Numbered from the stretch's first letter, positions 7,146-15,582 are shown. The stretch is 19,111 nt of DNA from a virus (IMGVR_UViG_3300047558_000092), one strand, 5' to 3'. A program made the numbers and translations. Notes: generated by a model from the letters alone, not told the origin.

Positions 7146-7502
7146 ATGCAACCCGCTAATATAGAATTAACTATTTACAAAGGTTCAACTTTTGTCAAAG
7201 CTATTCAGTGGAAAACTGGTAACCCTGCAGCACCCGTAAATCTTATGGGTTGTTCATTACGTATGCAAATCCGTAAGACTGTAACCGATACAACTGTCTT
7301 AGATTCTCTTACAACTGAAAACGGAAAACTAGAGGTTACTAACGCAGCTGAAGGCCGTATTGCTATTAAGATTGCAGCTGCCGCTTCTAGTGCATATGCC
7401 TTCGATAGAGGTGTTTATGATTTAGAGGTAGTCTTCTTAGATGGTTCTGTTTACCGTATCATTGAAGGTGCTGTAACAACCGTACCAGAGGTCACAAGAT
7501 GA
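7146..7502 (+). CDS. Beta-sandwich fibre-attachment adaptor (LtfC/p132/BppU-N-like)
   Basis: 118 aa with characteristic spacing: IYKGSTF...RMQIRK...YDLEV...G-x-V-x-RIIEG...PEVTR. Confidence 0.65.
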   Translation: MQPANIELTIYKGSTFVKAIQWKTGNPAAPVNLMGCSLRMQIRKTVTDTTVLDSLTTENGKLEVTNAAEGRIAIKIAAAASSAYAFDRGVYDLEVVFLDGSVYRIIEGAVTTVPEVTR

Positions 7503-7885
7503 CAACTGATGTTATTGTCGTAGATGATTCAGAGACAATAATTATCAATAATGACCCAATCAGTGTTATTGTAACCAGTGATGATACACTACCAGAAGTA
7601 GTAATCGTAAGTGAAGTCGATACACTGGTAGTTGATAACGAAAAATTAAACGTTATCTTAACTACAGAAGATACTGTAAATGTTATTACAGAAGGTAGTC
7701 AAGGTCCAATGGGTCCACAAGGACCGCAAGGTTTACAAGGGCTTTCAACTAATATCTCTTCTGCACCAGATGTAAACATTACAAATATACAAGACGGTTC
7801 ATTATTGATTTATTCAAGTCAAGAACAAAAGTGGGTTGCCAATACCCAATTAACAAATCAGAGCCTAGAGTCAGGTCATTATTAA
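7499..7885 (+). CDS. Small fibre/linker protein with short collagen segment
   Basis: Acidic V/I-rich N-half, GSQGPMGPQGPQGLQGLS, DVNITNIQDGSLLIYSSQEQKWV motif; ends LESGHY. Confidence 0.65.
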   Translation: MTTDVIVVDDSETIIINNDPISVIVTSDDTLPEVVIVSEVDTLVVDNEKLNVILTTEDTVNVITEGSQGPMGPQGPQGLQGLSTNISSAPDVNITNIQDGSLLIYSSQEQKWVANTQLTNQSLESGHY

Positions 7886-7895
7886 AGGATAAATC

Positions 7896-10181
7896 ATGGC
7901 ATCAATCGTAAGAATTAAACGTTCAGAGGTTTCTGGCAACCCCTCTACGTTAGCACAAGGTGAATTAGCGTATTCAGCCTTACAGGACAACGGCAGTAAT
8001 GGTGGTGACCGCTTATACGTAGGTATGGGTACAGAAACCAATGGTAATGCTGTAAACCATATCGTAATCGGTGGTAAATACTTCACCGACATGATGGACC
8101 ACTCAAAAGGTACATTAACTGCTAACTCTGCATTAATCACAGACGCTAATAGCAAGTTAAATAACATTAAGGTCGATAATATTGATATTGATGGGAATAC
8201 TATTTCCGCTACTGATTCAAATGGTAGTATCAATTTAACACCTAACGGTACTGGCTCTGTCGTATTAGATGGTCAAGCTTTCCCTAATGCTCAAGGCAGC
8301 AACGGTCAATTTTTATCTACAGATGGTGCAGGTCAATTAGCTTGGGCTAGTTTACCACCAAGTGATTTTACAATCGCTGGCAACTCTGGTACAGATATTT
8401 TTAGTACTGGTGGTACATTGACCGTAACAGGTATTGGCGCTATCTCAACAACTGCAGCAAACGATACAATCAGTATCAGCGTAGCAGAAGCTTCTAGCTC
8501 TGTTAAAGGTGTAGCTTCATTCTCATCTACCGACTTTACTGTTAACACAGGTAACGTTAGCTTAAACCACGAAGCAGTCCAAGATATTGTTGGTGATATG
8601 GTCACCTCAAATACTGAGAACGGTATTACAGTTTCTTATGACGATACAGCTGGCAAATTAAACTTTGCAGTAAATAACCCAACGATTACTATTCATGGTG
8701 ACGTAGACGGTTCTGCAACAATGACTAACTTAGGTAACACAAGTATTTCTGTTACCTTAGATACAGTAAATAACACAGTAGGTTCATTCGGTTCTACCAC
8801 AGCTGTTCCTGTTATTACCGTAAACGAAAAAGGTTTAGTCACTAGCGTATCTACAGCAAGTATCTCTTCATCATTTACATTAGCTGCAGATTCTGGTACT
8901 CCAGACGTATTTAATAACGGTGAAACATTAAGCTTCATCGGTGGTGAAGGCATTAACACTGTAATTAGTGGTGTCAATAACCGTATTACAATCTCAGCTG
9001 AAGATGCGACAGATACAAACAAGGGTATCGCTACTTTCAACGCAGGAAACTTCGTAGTAGTTGCTGGCGATGTTACATTAAAAGATGCAGGTATTACTAA
9101 CGCCAAGTTAGTTAACTCAGGTCTAACTATCGGTTCCACTAATGTTTCATTAGGTGGCACAATCACTAGCTTAAGTGGTTTAACTGAATTACAAGTTGAT
9201 AATATCAACATTAACGGTAACACAATCGGTGCTACAGATACTAACGGGAATATTAACTTAGCTCCTACAGGTACTGGTGTTGTTGACGTAACAGATTCTC
9301 GCATCGTAGGTGTCGCTACTCCAGTTAACCCAACAGATGCAGCTAACAAAGCTTATGTAGATAATGCCGTAACAGGTCTTTCATTCAAGCAAGCTGTGCA
9401 TTTAATGGCAGATGTAAACGTAGCTTTAACAGGCTCTACATCTACATTAGTTATCGATGGTCATAGTGCATTAACACAGACACATGGTAACGGGTATCGC
9501 ATTCTACTAACAGGCCAAACAACTGCCTCTGAAAATGGTATCTATCTTTACAGCGATAACGGTACAACATACGAATTAGCTCGTGCAGCAGATGCAGATG
9601 CCTACACAGAACTTTTCGGTGCTTCAGTATACGTTCTTGAAGGTGTAACTTACGGTAAAACTGGTTGGGTTCAAACTAATCACTACCTCACCAGTTTCTC
9701 TAACCAAGTTTGGACACAATTCTCTGGTGCTGGCGCTTATGTCGCTGGTGCAGGTCTTGTACTAACTGGCACTACATTTGACGTAGTTGGTGGTGCAGGT
9801 ATTAGCGTTACAACTAATGCTGTAAATCTTGCAGATTCAGTAGCAGGTGATGGTCTTACATTCTCTTCTGGTGTAATCGCTGTTGCAGGTACTGCAAATA
9901 GAATTTCTGTATCGGCAGATGCTATTGACATTGCATCTACATATGTCGGTCAAACAAGTATTACTACATTAGGCACTGTTACTACAGGTACATGGTCAGC
10001 TGACACAATTGCAGCTACTAAGGGTGGTACAGGCTTGACAACTTATGCAATTGGTGATATACTATATGCATCAGATGAAAATACATTGTCAAAATTAACT
10101 ATCGGCGCAAATGGTAAAGTTCTCCAAGTTAACGGAAGCGGAATACCAGTTTGGGCAGATTTAGATGGTGGTACATACTAA
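7896..10181 (+). CDS. Large trimeric fibre-like virion protein with internal duplicated modules
   Basis: 761 aa, T/G/S/N-rich. N-terminal IKRS...GELAY, DAANKAYVD trimer motif, duplicated VDNI-x-I-x-GNTI-x-ATD-x-NG module; ends ADLDGGTY. Confidence 0.75.
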   Translation: MASIVRIKRSEVSGNPSTLAQGELAYSALQDNGSNGGDRLYVGMGTETNGNAVNHIVIGGKYFTDMMDHSKGTLTANSALITDANSKLNNIKVDNIDIDGNTISATDSNGSINLTPNGTGSVVLDGQAFPNAQGSNGQFLSTDGAGQLAWASLPPSDFTIAGNSGTDIFSTGGTLTVTGIGAISTTAANDTISISVAEASSSVKGVASFSSTDFTVNTGNVSLNHEAVQDIVGDMVTSNTENGITVSYDDTAGKLNFAVNNPTITIHGDVDGSATMTNLGNTSISVTLDTVNNTVGSFGSTTAVPVITVNEKGLVTSVSTASISSSFTLAADSGTPDVFNNGETLSFIGGEGINTVISGVNNRITISAEDATDTNKGIATFNAGNFVVVAGDVTLKDAGITNAKLVNSGLTIGSTNVSLGGTITSLSGLTELQVDNININGNTIGATDTNGNINLAPTGTGVVDVTDSRIVGVATPVNPTDAANKAYVDNAVTGLSFKQAVHLMADVNVALTGSTSTLVIDGHSALTQTHGNGYRILLTGQTTASENGIYLYSDNGTTYELARAADADAYTELFGASVYVLEGVTYGKTGWVQTNHYLTSFSNQVWTQFSGAGAYVAGAGLVLTGTTFDVVGGAGISVTTNAVNLADSVAGDGLTFSSGVIAVAGTANRISVSADAIDIASTYVGQTSITTLGTVTTGTWSADTIAATKGGTGLTTYAIGDILYASDENTLSKLTIGANGKVLQVNGSGIPVWADLDGGTY

Positions 10182-10188
10182 ATAATAC

Positions 10189-10214
10189 GGGCGGTTTTTA
10201 CCGCCCTTTCTTTT
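10189..10214 (+). terminator. Rho-independent terminator
   Basis: gggcggt-tttt-accgccc followed by tttctttt. Confidence 0.85.
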
Positions 10215-10234
10215 ACCTTTATTAAGGATTGTAA

Positions 10235-11809
10235 ATGTCAAATAAACTACTACTCAAGAAGTCTTCAGTAGCGTCTAAAGTCCCTCTTACGACAGACTTA
10301 GATTATGGCGAGTTAGCAATTAACTACACCGATGGAAAATTATACTTCAAAGATGCAAGCAATGAAGTTAAATTCTTTCAAGCAGGTAGCGGTGGAAACT
10401 TTACAGTTTCCGATACAGCGCCAGCAAGTCCATCTAACGGTCAACCTTGGTGGAACAGTACACAAGGCCGTTTATACCTCTATTATATAGATGGTTCATC
10501 AGGTCAATGGGTAGATGCAAGCCCTAGCGTAGCTGGTCCTCAAGGTGTAGCTGGCACGATTACGGTAGGCACAGTCACTACAGGTACGGCAGGTTCTAAC
10601 GTAGCAATTACTAACACTGGAACAGCAAGTGCAGCAGTTTTAAATTTTACAATTCCACAAGGCGCTACTGGTGCTGCAGGTGCAGCTGGTACAATGACAA
10701 TTGGTACTGTCACAACAGGTGCGGCAGGTACTTCAGCTTCTGTTACTAACGTAGGCACTTCCACAGAAGCTATTTTAAATATTAGCATTCCTCGTGGTGA
10801 TACTGGTGCTACAGGTCCACAGGGTCCAGCAGGTCCAACAGGTCCACAGGGTCCAACAGGCGCTACTGGTGCTACAGGCGCAACGGGGGCTACAGGTGCT
10901 ACTGGTCCAGCAGGTCCAACAGGTCCACAGGGTCCAGCTGGTACGGTTACTGGCCTTACTTTAACTGACTCAAGTAATGGCATTAATCCAGATAACGTTA
11001 CACAAAACCAAATAGGTTATAATACCAGTGTTAGCTTATTCGGTCAAAATGATGGTGGCTTACACTCTTCTGCATACAGCTCTGCATGGATTCATCAAAT
11101 CTACGGTGACTTTAGAACTGGTCAAATTGCTATTCGCGGTAAAAATAATGGTACATGGCAATCATGGAGAACTGTATTAGATTCCAGTAATTATTCAAGT
11201 TATGCTATGCCAATAAATGGTGGGGTTAATGTTAACTTTGATATTGCTTCTAATACTAATTCCAGTTATTACTATGACGCAGCTATTGAATTACGGGAAT
11301 TAAATCATGGCGGCGCTCAAGGTGCAGCAGGTGGATTTCAAGCAATTGGACCTAGATTAGGTTTCCATTGGGATGGTGTTGTAGCTTCTCAAATTTCAAT
11401 GCAGAGTGATGGTGCTATTTGTATTATTAATAATCCCGGTACTGCTTATGAACAATTACGTTCAGGAACATTTACATCCTCTGGCAACGTTACTGCTTAT
11501 TCTGACGAGAGATTAAAAACTGATTGGGTAGATTTACCGAACGACTTTATTTACAATCTAGCTAAAGTAAAAAATGGTACATACACCAGATTAGATAATG
11601 GAATGCGCCAAGCAGGTTCATCTGCACAAGATTGGCAAAAATTATTACCAGAGGTGGTGCAAGTATCTAGTGATGACGAGAAGACTTTATCACTCGCTTA
11701 TGGTAATGCAGCATTAGTTTCATCTGTAGAATTAGCTAAAAAAGTAGTCGAACAAGAAGCCAGAATTAGCCAACTAGAGTGCTTAATTGCTAAAATTATT
11801 GACAACTAA
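10235..11809 (+). CDS. Tail/head fibre with collagen-like stalk and C-terminal peptidase S74 intramolecular chaperone
   Basis: N-terminal LKKS...[15 protein letters not shown]; 16 G-X-Y triplets; [16 protein letters not shown] knob motif; [10 protein letters not shown] autocleavage motif (Ser codon 11501-11503) and C-terminal coiled coil. Confidence 0.85.
   Translation: MSNKLLLKKSSVASKVPLTTDLDYGELAINYTDGKLYFKDASNEVKFFQAGSGGNFTVSDTAPASPSNGQPWWNSTQGRLYLYYIDGSSGQWVDASPSVAGPQGVAGTITVGTVTTGTAGSNVAITNTGTASAAVLNFTIPQGATGAAGAAGTMTIGTVTTGAAGTSASVTNVGTSTEAILNISIPRGDTGATGPQGPAGPTGPQGPTGATGATGATGATGATGPAGPTGPQGPAGTVTGLTLTDSSNGINPDNVTQNQIGYNTSVSLFGQNDGGLHSSAYSSAWIHQIYGDFRTGQIAIRGKNNGTWQSWRTVLDSSNYSSYAMPINGGVNVNFDIASNTNSSYYYDAAIELRELNHGGAQGAAGGFQAIGPRLGFHWDGVVASQISMQSDGAICIINNPGTAYEQLRSGTFTSSGNVTAYSDERLKTDWVDLPNDFIYNLAKVKNGTYTRLDNGMRQAGSSAQDWQKLLPEVVQVSSDDEKTLSLAYGNAALVSSVELAKKVVEQEARISQLECLIAKIIDN
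10796..10939 (+). repeat. Collagen-like repeat (16 G-X-Y triplets) containing a perfect 33-bp direct repeat
   Basis: ggtccagcaggtccaacaggtccacagggtcca at 10823-10855 and 10904-10936. Confidence 0.95.
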
Positions 11810-11819
11810 TACATTTCTC

Positions 11820-11848
11820 TTGATTTTTCTATAAAAATGTGATATAAT
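11820..11848 (+). promoter_or_regulatory. Sigma70-type promoter P2 with extended -10
   Basis: TTGATT (11820-11825), 17-bp spacer, TG-a-TATAAT (11840-11848). Shares TCTTGA and ATGTGATATAAT with P1. Confidence 0.8.
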
Positions 11849-11877
11849 TATGTTTATATACTTATAAAGAGGTGAGC

Positions 11878-12624
11878 ATGGAAAATACTACTTTTGCTCC
11901 CACGGAAGCAATGCAAAATAATGTCCGTAGGGGTTTAGCTCTACGCGAGAAATGGAACCGAGGTGGTTTATCAATCACTAAAGCCAAAGATATTATTGAA
12001 GGTGATTTGTCATTAGCTGACGTTAAAAAGATTTATTCTTTTCTCAGTTCTAATGAACAACAGTACCTACCTAAAAGTAAGCTAAGTGATGGTGGTCCAA
12101 CTGAAGGCACAATCTCATGGTTACTATCTGGTGGCTCTGCAGGTTATGCTTGGGCAAGAATGCACCTTAAGCAAGCAGAAATTGTAAAGTCTTATACAAA
12201 AGAAATTACAGAAAACGAATTAAATTCAGAAGATGAGATTTTAGGTGAAAAGTTAAGTATCACTAAATCTGTTGATGAAGAATTAAAACAAGCGACTTTT
12301 ATTGTAATGGTTCCTGACGAGGTTGATGCCCACGGTGATACTACTACAGAGGCAGAAGTTCGCAAAGCATGTCATAACTTTAATAAATATTCAATGAAGG
12401 CTAATTTGTTTCACTTAGTTGAGACAAGTACTTTCGAGTTTTGTGAAAGTTATTGCTGTCCTACTGATTTCGTTCTTGGCGATAAGTTCGTTAAGAAGGG
12501 TACATGGTTAGCCACTGTACAGTCCTTAGATGATAATCTTTGGGAATTAATTAAATCAGGTGATATTAACGGTTTAAGTATTGGCGCTTTGGCGGCAGTC
12601 GAAACAATTGAAGAGGAAGAATAA
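11878..12624 (+). CDS. Prohead serine protease (XkdF-like/S78 family) with extra N-terminal domain; start probably ATG 11878
   Basis: SD AAGAGGTGA. VMVPDEVDAHGD, KANLFH, VKKGTWL and W-x-x-IKSG-x-x-x-GLSIG motifs. Confidence 0.8.
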   Translation: MENTTFAPTEAMQNNVRRGLALREKWNRGGLSITKAKDIIEGDLSLADVKKIYSFLSSNEQQYLPKSKLSDGGPTEGTISWLLSGGSAGYAWARMHLKQAEIVKSYTKEITENELNSEDEILGEKLSITKSVDEELKQATFIVMVPDEVDAHGDTTTEAEVRKACHNFNKYSMKANLFHLVETSTFEFCESYCCPTDFVLGDKFVKKGTWLATVQSLDDNLWELIKSGDINGLSIGALAAVETIEEEE

Positions 12625-13604
12625 TGACCACAACAAAACGTAAAGCTAAACGAAAGTTATCTGATATTAGCTTTGAAAAAGAAGGCGCTCACGTAGCTCT
12701 GGTATCTAAAGAGCAAGGCGGTCCTGCTAATAATCATGACTACGCTCTCGTATTAAAAGCTAATAAGTTCAGTGAAGAATTTATTCAGAAGATGCAACAA
12801 GTTCGTGTAACTATGGAACTACCAGAATTTCTACGTAAGTTCTTCGGTATGTACTATGAAGATTCTAAAGTACTAGCAGCAATGTTAGGTTACGTAGAAC
12901 CAGTTCAAGAAGATACACAAACTTACGAAGATTATATTCAATCTCAGTTACAAGCTTTTGAAGTGCTAAAGGCTGCAAATGACGCAGAAAGTTTAGCAGA
13001 AGTATTATCTGGCTTAGATGAAACAGAATATCTAGCAATGCTCAATGACCAAGAGTTACTTGAAAAAGCATTTGCTAACGTAGCTAAGGCTACAACCGAA
13101 TCCGCACCTGCTGCTTCTGCAGAAGGTACTGATACCTCACCCGCATGCGAGGTTACTAAAGAAGAGGTATCTACCTCTGTTAACAAAGAAGAATTGGAGA
13201 AATCTAAGATGGATGAAGATGTAAAAATCGAAACCGTAGAAAAAGCTCAGTTTGAACTAGTACAGAAAGCTCTAGACGAGCAAAAAGTAGAGTTACAAAA
13301 AGCTTTAGAAGTTATTGCTCAATTTGAAGCTGAGAAAAAAGAAGCTATCAATAAGGCAAAGACTGAACAAGTTAAAGCTATCGTTAAAGACGAAAGCAAA
13401 GTAGAAGCAATCGCTAAGGCTGCTCTATCATTAGAATCTGAAGACGATTTTACAGCCTTCTTAGCTGCTATGCAAGCTATGATGACCACTGTAGAAACAT
13501 CTGAGATGTTTGTTGAAAAGGGTGCTTCTACACAAGAAGAAGAACCTAAAGTTCAAGAATCTGCTGTGGCGAAATTGCTAAAAGCCAAGCAAGCTACTAA
13601 GTAA
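12624..13604 (+). CDS. Scaffold-like protein with N-terminal protease-type AHVALV...PAN segment
   Basis: Acidic coiled-coil body lying between protease and decoration/capsid genes; TAATG coupling with SD GAGGA. Confidence 0.7.
   Translation: MTTTKRKAKRKLSDISFEKEGAHVALVSKEQGGPANNHDYALVLKANKFSEEFIQKMQQVRVTMELPEFLRKFFGMYYEDSKVLAAMLGYVEPVQEDTQTYEDYIQSQLQAFEVLKAANDAESLAEVLSGLDETEYLAMLNDQELLEKAFANVAKATTESAPAASAEGTDTSPACEVTKEEVSTSVNKEELEKSKMDEDVKIETVEKAQFELVQKALDEQKVELQKALEVIAQFEAEKKEAINKAKTEQVKAIVKDESKVEAIAKAALSLESEDDFTAFLAAMQAMMTTVETSEMFVEKGASTQEEEPKVQESAVAKLLKAKQATK
13209..13604 (+). CDS. Putative nested in-frame scaffold product (131 aa)
   Basis: AATTGGAGAAA at 13192-13202 then ATG 13209. The same 11-mer precedes the tail tube ATG (16925-16935). 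Confidence 0.55.
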   Translation: MDEDVKIETVEKAQFELVQKALDEQKVELQKALEVIAQFEAEKKEAINKAKTEQVKAIVKDESKVEAIAKAALSLESEDDFTAFLAAMQAMMTTVETSEMFVEKGASTQEEEPKVQESAVAKLLKAKQATK

Positions 13605-13627
13605 TTTATATTTAAAGGAAAAATAAA

Positions 13628-14029
13628 ATGGCAAATCCATTCGCAACAGAAGCTAAACGTCTATCAAACGTAGTTAAGCAAGAATTATGGGCAGAAACTG
13701 GTTACACTCGCGCAGTTGTAACAGTTAACGAAGCTGCTGCTAAGTCATATGTACCGGGTACCGTCCTCGGTAAAGTCACCTCAGGTGGTAAATACAAAAT
13801 CGCTGTACAAACAGCTGAAGATGGTTCTGCAGTAGCTGATGCTATTGTAATGGGCGAAGAAACTATCGCTGCTAACACAGATACTAAAGTCCTAGTCCTT
13901 ATCAAAGGTCCAGCTATCGTATCTAAGGCTGGTTTAGTTTTAGACGCTACTTACAATGAAGCTGGCGAAAAAGCTGCCGTATACGCTGCTCTTGAAGCCA
14001 AGGGCATTGCAGTTAATGACGCAATCTAA
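13628..14029 (+). CDS. Head decoration protein (lambda gpD/HDPD-like)
   Basis: 133 aa immediately before the MCP; YVPGTVLGKVTSGGKYK...DGS motif. Confidence 0.8.
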   Translation: MANPFATEAKRLSNVVKQELWAETGYTRAVVTVNEAAAKSYVPGTVLGKVTSGGKYKIAVQTAEDGSAVADAIVMGEETIAANTDTKVLVLIKGPAIVSKAGLVLDATYNEAGEKAAVYAALEAKGIAVNDAI

Positions 14030-14060
14030 TCTTAATATTAAATAATAAGGAATATATAAC

Positions 14061-15074
14061 ATGCAAGTACGCAGTTTTGAAAAACCATTTGAGTTAGTAG
14101 ACTACACACAAGAACTACTTTTAGTTCCTAATAAGTGGGGTCTAATCAACGAATTAGGCATCTTCTCTTCAGAGCCAGTTTCACAACACTCTGTAACAGT
14201 TGAGTCTACCCAAGGTACATTAGGTATTGTAACTGACCAAGTTCGCGGCGCTCGTAACACTATGAACAGTGACGACACACGTAACCTACGTTCATTCCCA
14301 ATCCCTCACTTCCCATTAGATGACGCTATCAAGCCTCAAGATATCCAAGGTAAACGTGCCTACGGTTCTGCAGACGCTGCTGAAACTGAAGCTGCTGTTA
14401 CCGCACGTAAGTTAGAGCGTATCCGTTCTAGCCACGCTATCACTCTTGAAGCTGCTCGTGCCTATGCTCTTACTACTGGTGCTATCTACGCTCCAAACGG
14501 TACAGTATCTGGTAACTTCTTCACCGATTTCGGCGTAACACAAAAGTCTATCGACTTCGTATTAGGTACTACAACTACCGACTTACTCGCTAAGTCTGAA
14601 GAAGGTATCGCTCACATTCAAGACAACATCTTAACTGGTGAAGTCGTAAACGAAGTGATCGTTCTTTGCTCACCAGCATTCTTCGCTAAGTTAATCGCTC
14701 ACGCTACTGTTAAAGAAGCTTACAAGTATTACACTAGCACACAAGAGCCATTACGTCAGCGTTTAGGTTCTGGCCTATATCGCCGTTTCGTACACGGTGG
14801 TGTAACATACATCGAATACCGTGGTTCTTACAACGGTACAGCCCTCATCCCTGCTGGTGAAGGCGTAATGTTACCAACAGGTACAGCTGATATGTTCAAG
14901 ACATACTTCTCACCTGCTAACCGTTTCAGCCACGTAAACACGCTCGGTGAAGAGGCTTATGCGTTCACATACCGTGACCCTAAAGACGTTGAAATCCAGA
15001 TTCAAACTGAATCCAACTTCTTAAACTTAATTCGCCGCCCTGCTGCTGTGGTTAAGGTCACTACATCTAACTAA
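14061..15074 (+). CDS. Major capsid protein (lambda gpE / Phage_cap_E-like)
   Basis: 337 aa, strongly biased codon usage, ends IQTESNFLNLIRRPAAVVK; follows a gpD-like gene and is followed by a strong terminator. Confidence 0.85.
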   Translation: MQVRSFEKPFELVDYTQELLLVPNKWGLINELGIFSSEPVSQHSVTVESTQGTLGIVTDQVRGARNTMNSDDTRNLRSFPIPHFPLDDAIKPQDIQGKRAYGSADAAETEAAVTARKLERIRSSHAITLEAARAYALTTGAIYAPNGTVSGNFFTDFGVTQKSIDFVLGTTTTDLLAKSEEGIAHIQDNILTGEVVNEVIVLCSPAFFAKLIAHATVKEAYKYYTSTQEPLRQRLGSGLYRRFVHGGVTYIEYRGSYNGTALIPAGEGVMLPTGTADMFKTYFSPANRFSHVNTLGEEAYAFTYRDPKDVEIQIQTESNFLNLIRRPAAVVKVTTSN

Positions 15075-15090
15075 AATTAGATACGAGATT

Positions 15091-15114
15091 GGCTCCTTCG
15101 GGAGCCTTTCTTTT
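15091..15114 (+). terminator. Rho-independent terminator after MCP
   Basis: ggctcc-TTCG-ggagcc followed by tttctttt. Confidence 0.9.
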
Positions 15115-15150
15115 AATAGTTTATGGTATAATATAGACTATTAAAAGAAA
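15107..15150. promoter_or_regulatory. 14-bp perfect inverted repeat enclosing an extended -10 element (TGgTATAAT 15124-15132)
   Basis: tttcttttaatagt (15107-15120) / actattaaaagaaa (15137-15150). No recognisable -35. Confidence 0.7.
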
Positions 15151-15170
15151 TTTATCATAAAGGATACATC

Positions 15171-15575
15171 ATGACAATTAAAGCTTTACGCATAGAACTT
15201 GGGGATACTGATGTAAATTTCCCAATTATGTCTGATGAAGAGTATCGTTATTTTCTCGACAAGAATGAATGGTCAGTTCGCAGGTCTTCTTTAGATGCTG
15301 CTAAATCAATGCTGATGAAACTTTCATTACGTCCAGACGAAAGCGTAGATATTTTTAGTATTAAAGGTAGTTCATCTGCAAAACAGTTTATGCAAGCTTT
15401 ACAGATGTACATTAGCAATCCAGATTTAAACCCTATCTATACTAACGCTATGCCTTACGCTGGCGGTATCAGTAAAGCAGATATGGCAGCTAATGATGCC
15501 AATGCAGATAATAATATTGTCACTACTCCTTCACAAGATACAACAGGTCTACCTTCTTTACAATTTAATATCTGA
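15171..15575 (+). CDS. Putative head-tail adaptor/connector
   Basis: First gene after the MCP; LRIELGDTD...IMSDEEY motif pattern typical of adaptor genes. Confidence 0.6.
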   Translation: MTIKALRIELGDTDVNFPIMSDEEYRYFLDKNEWSVRRSSLDAAKSMLMKLSLRPDESVDIFSIKGSSSAKQFMQALQMYISNPDLNPIYTNAMPYAGGISKADMAANDANADNNIVTTPSQDTTGLPSLQFNI

Positions 15576-15582
15576 GGTTATT

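Noticed and set aside
12610-12626. Programmed -1 frameshift fusing protease and scaffold
   Set aside because: GAA-GAG-GAA-GAA-TAA has no canonical slippery heptamer; the downstream ORF has its own SD and TAATG coupling.
15493-15582. Upstream start at 15493 for the head closure gene
   Set aside because: Overlaps the previous gene by 83 nt with no SD; GAGG precedes ATG 15583.
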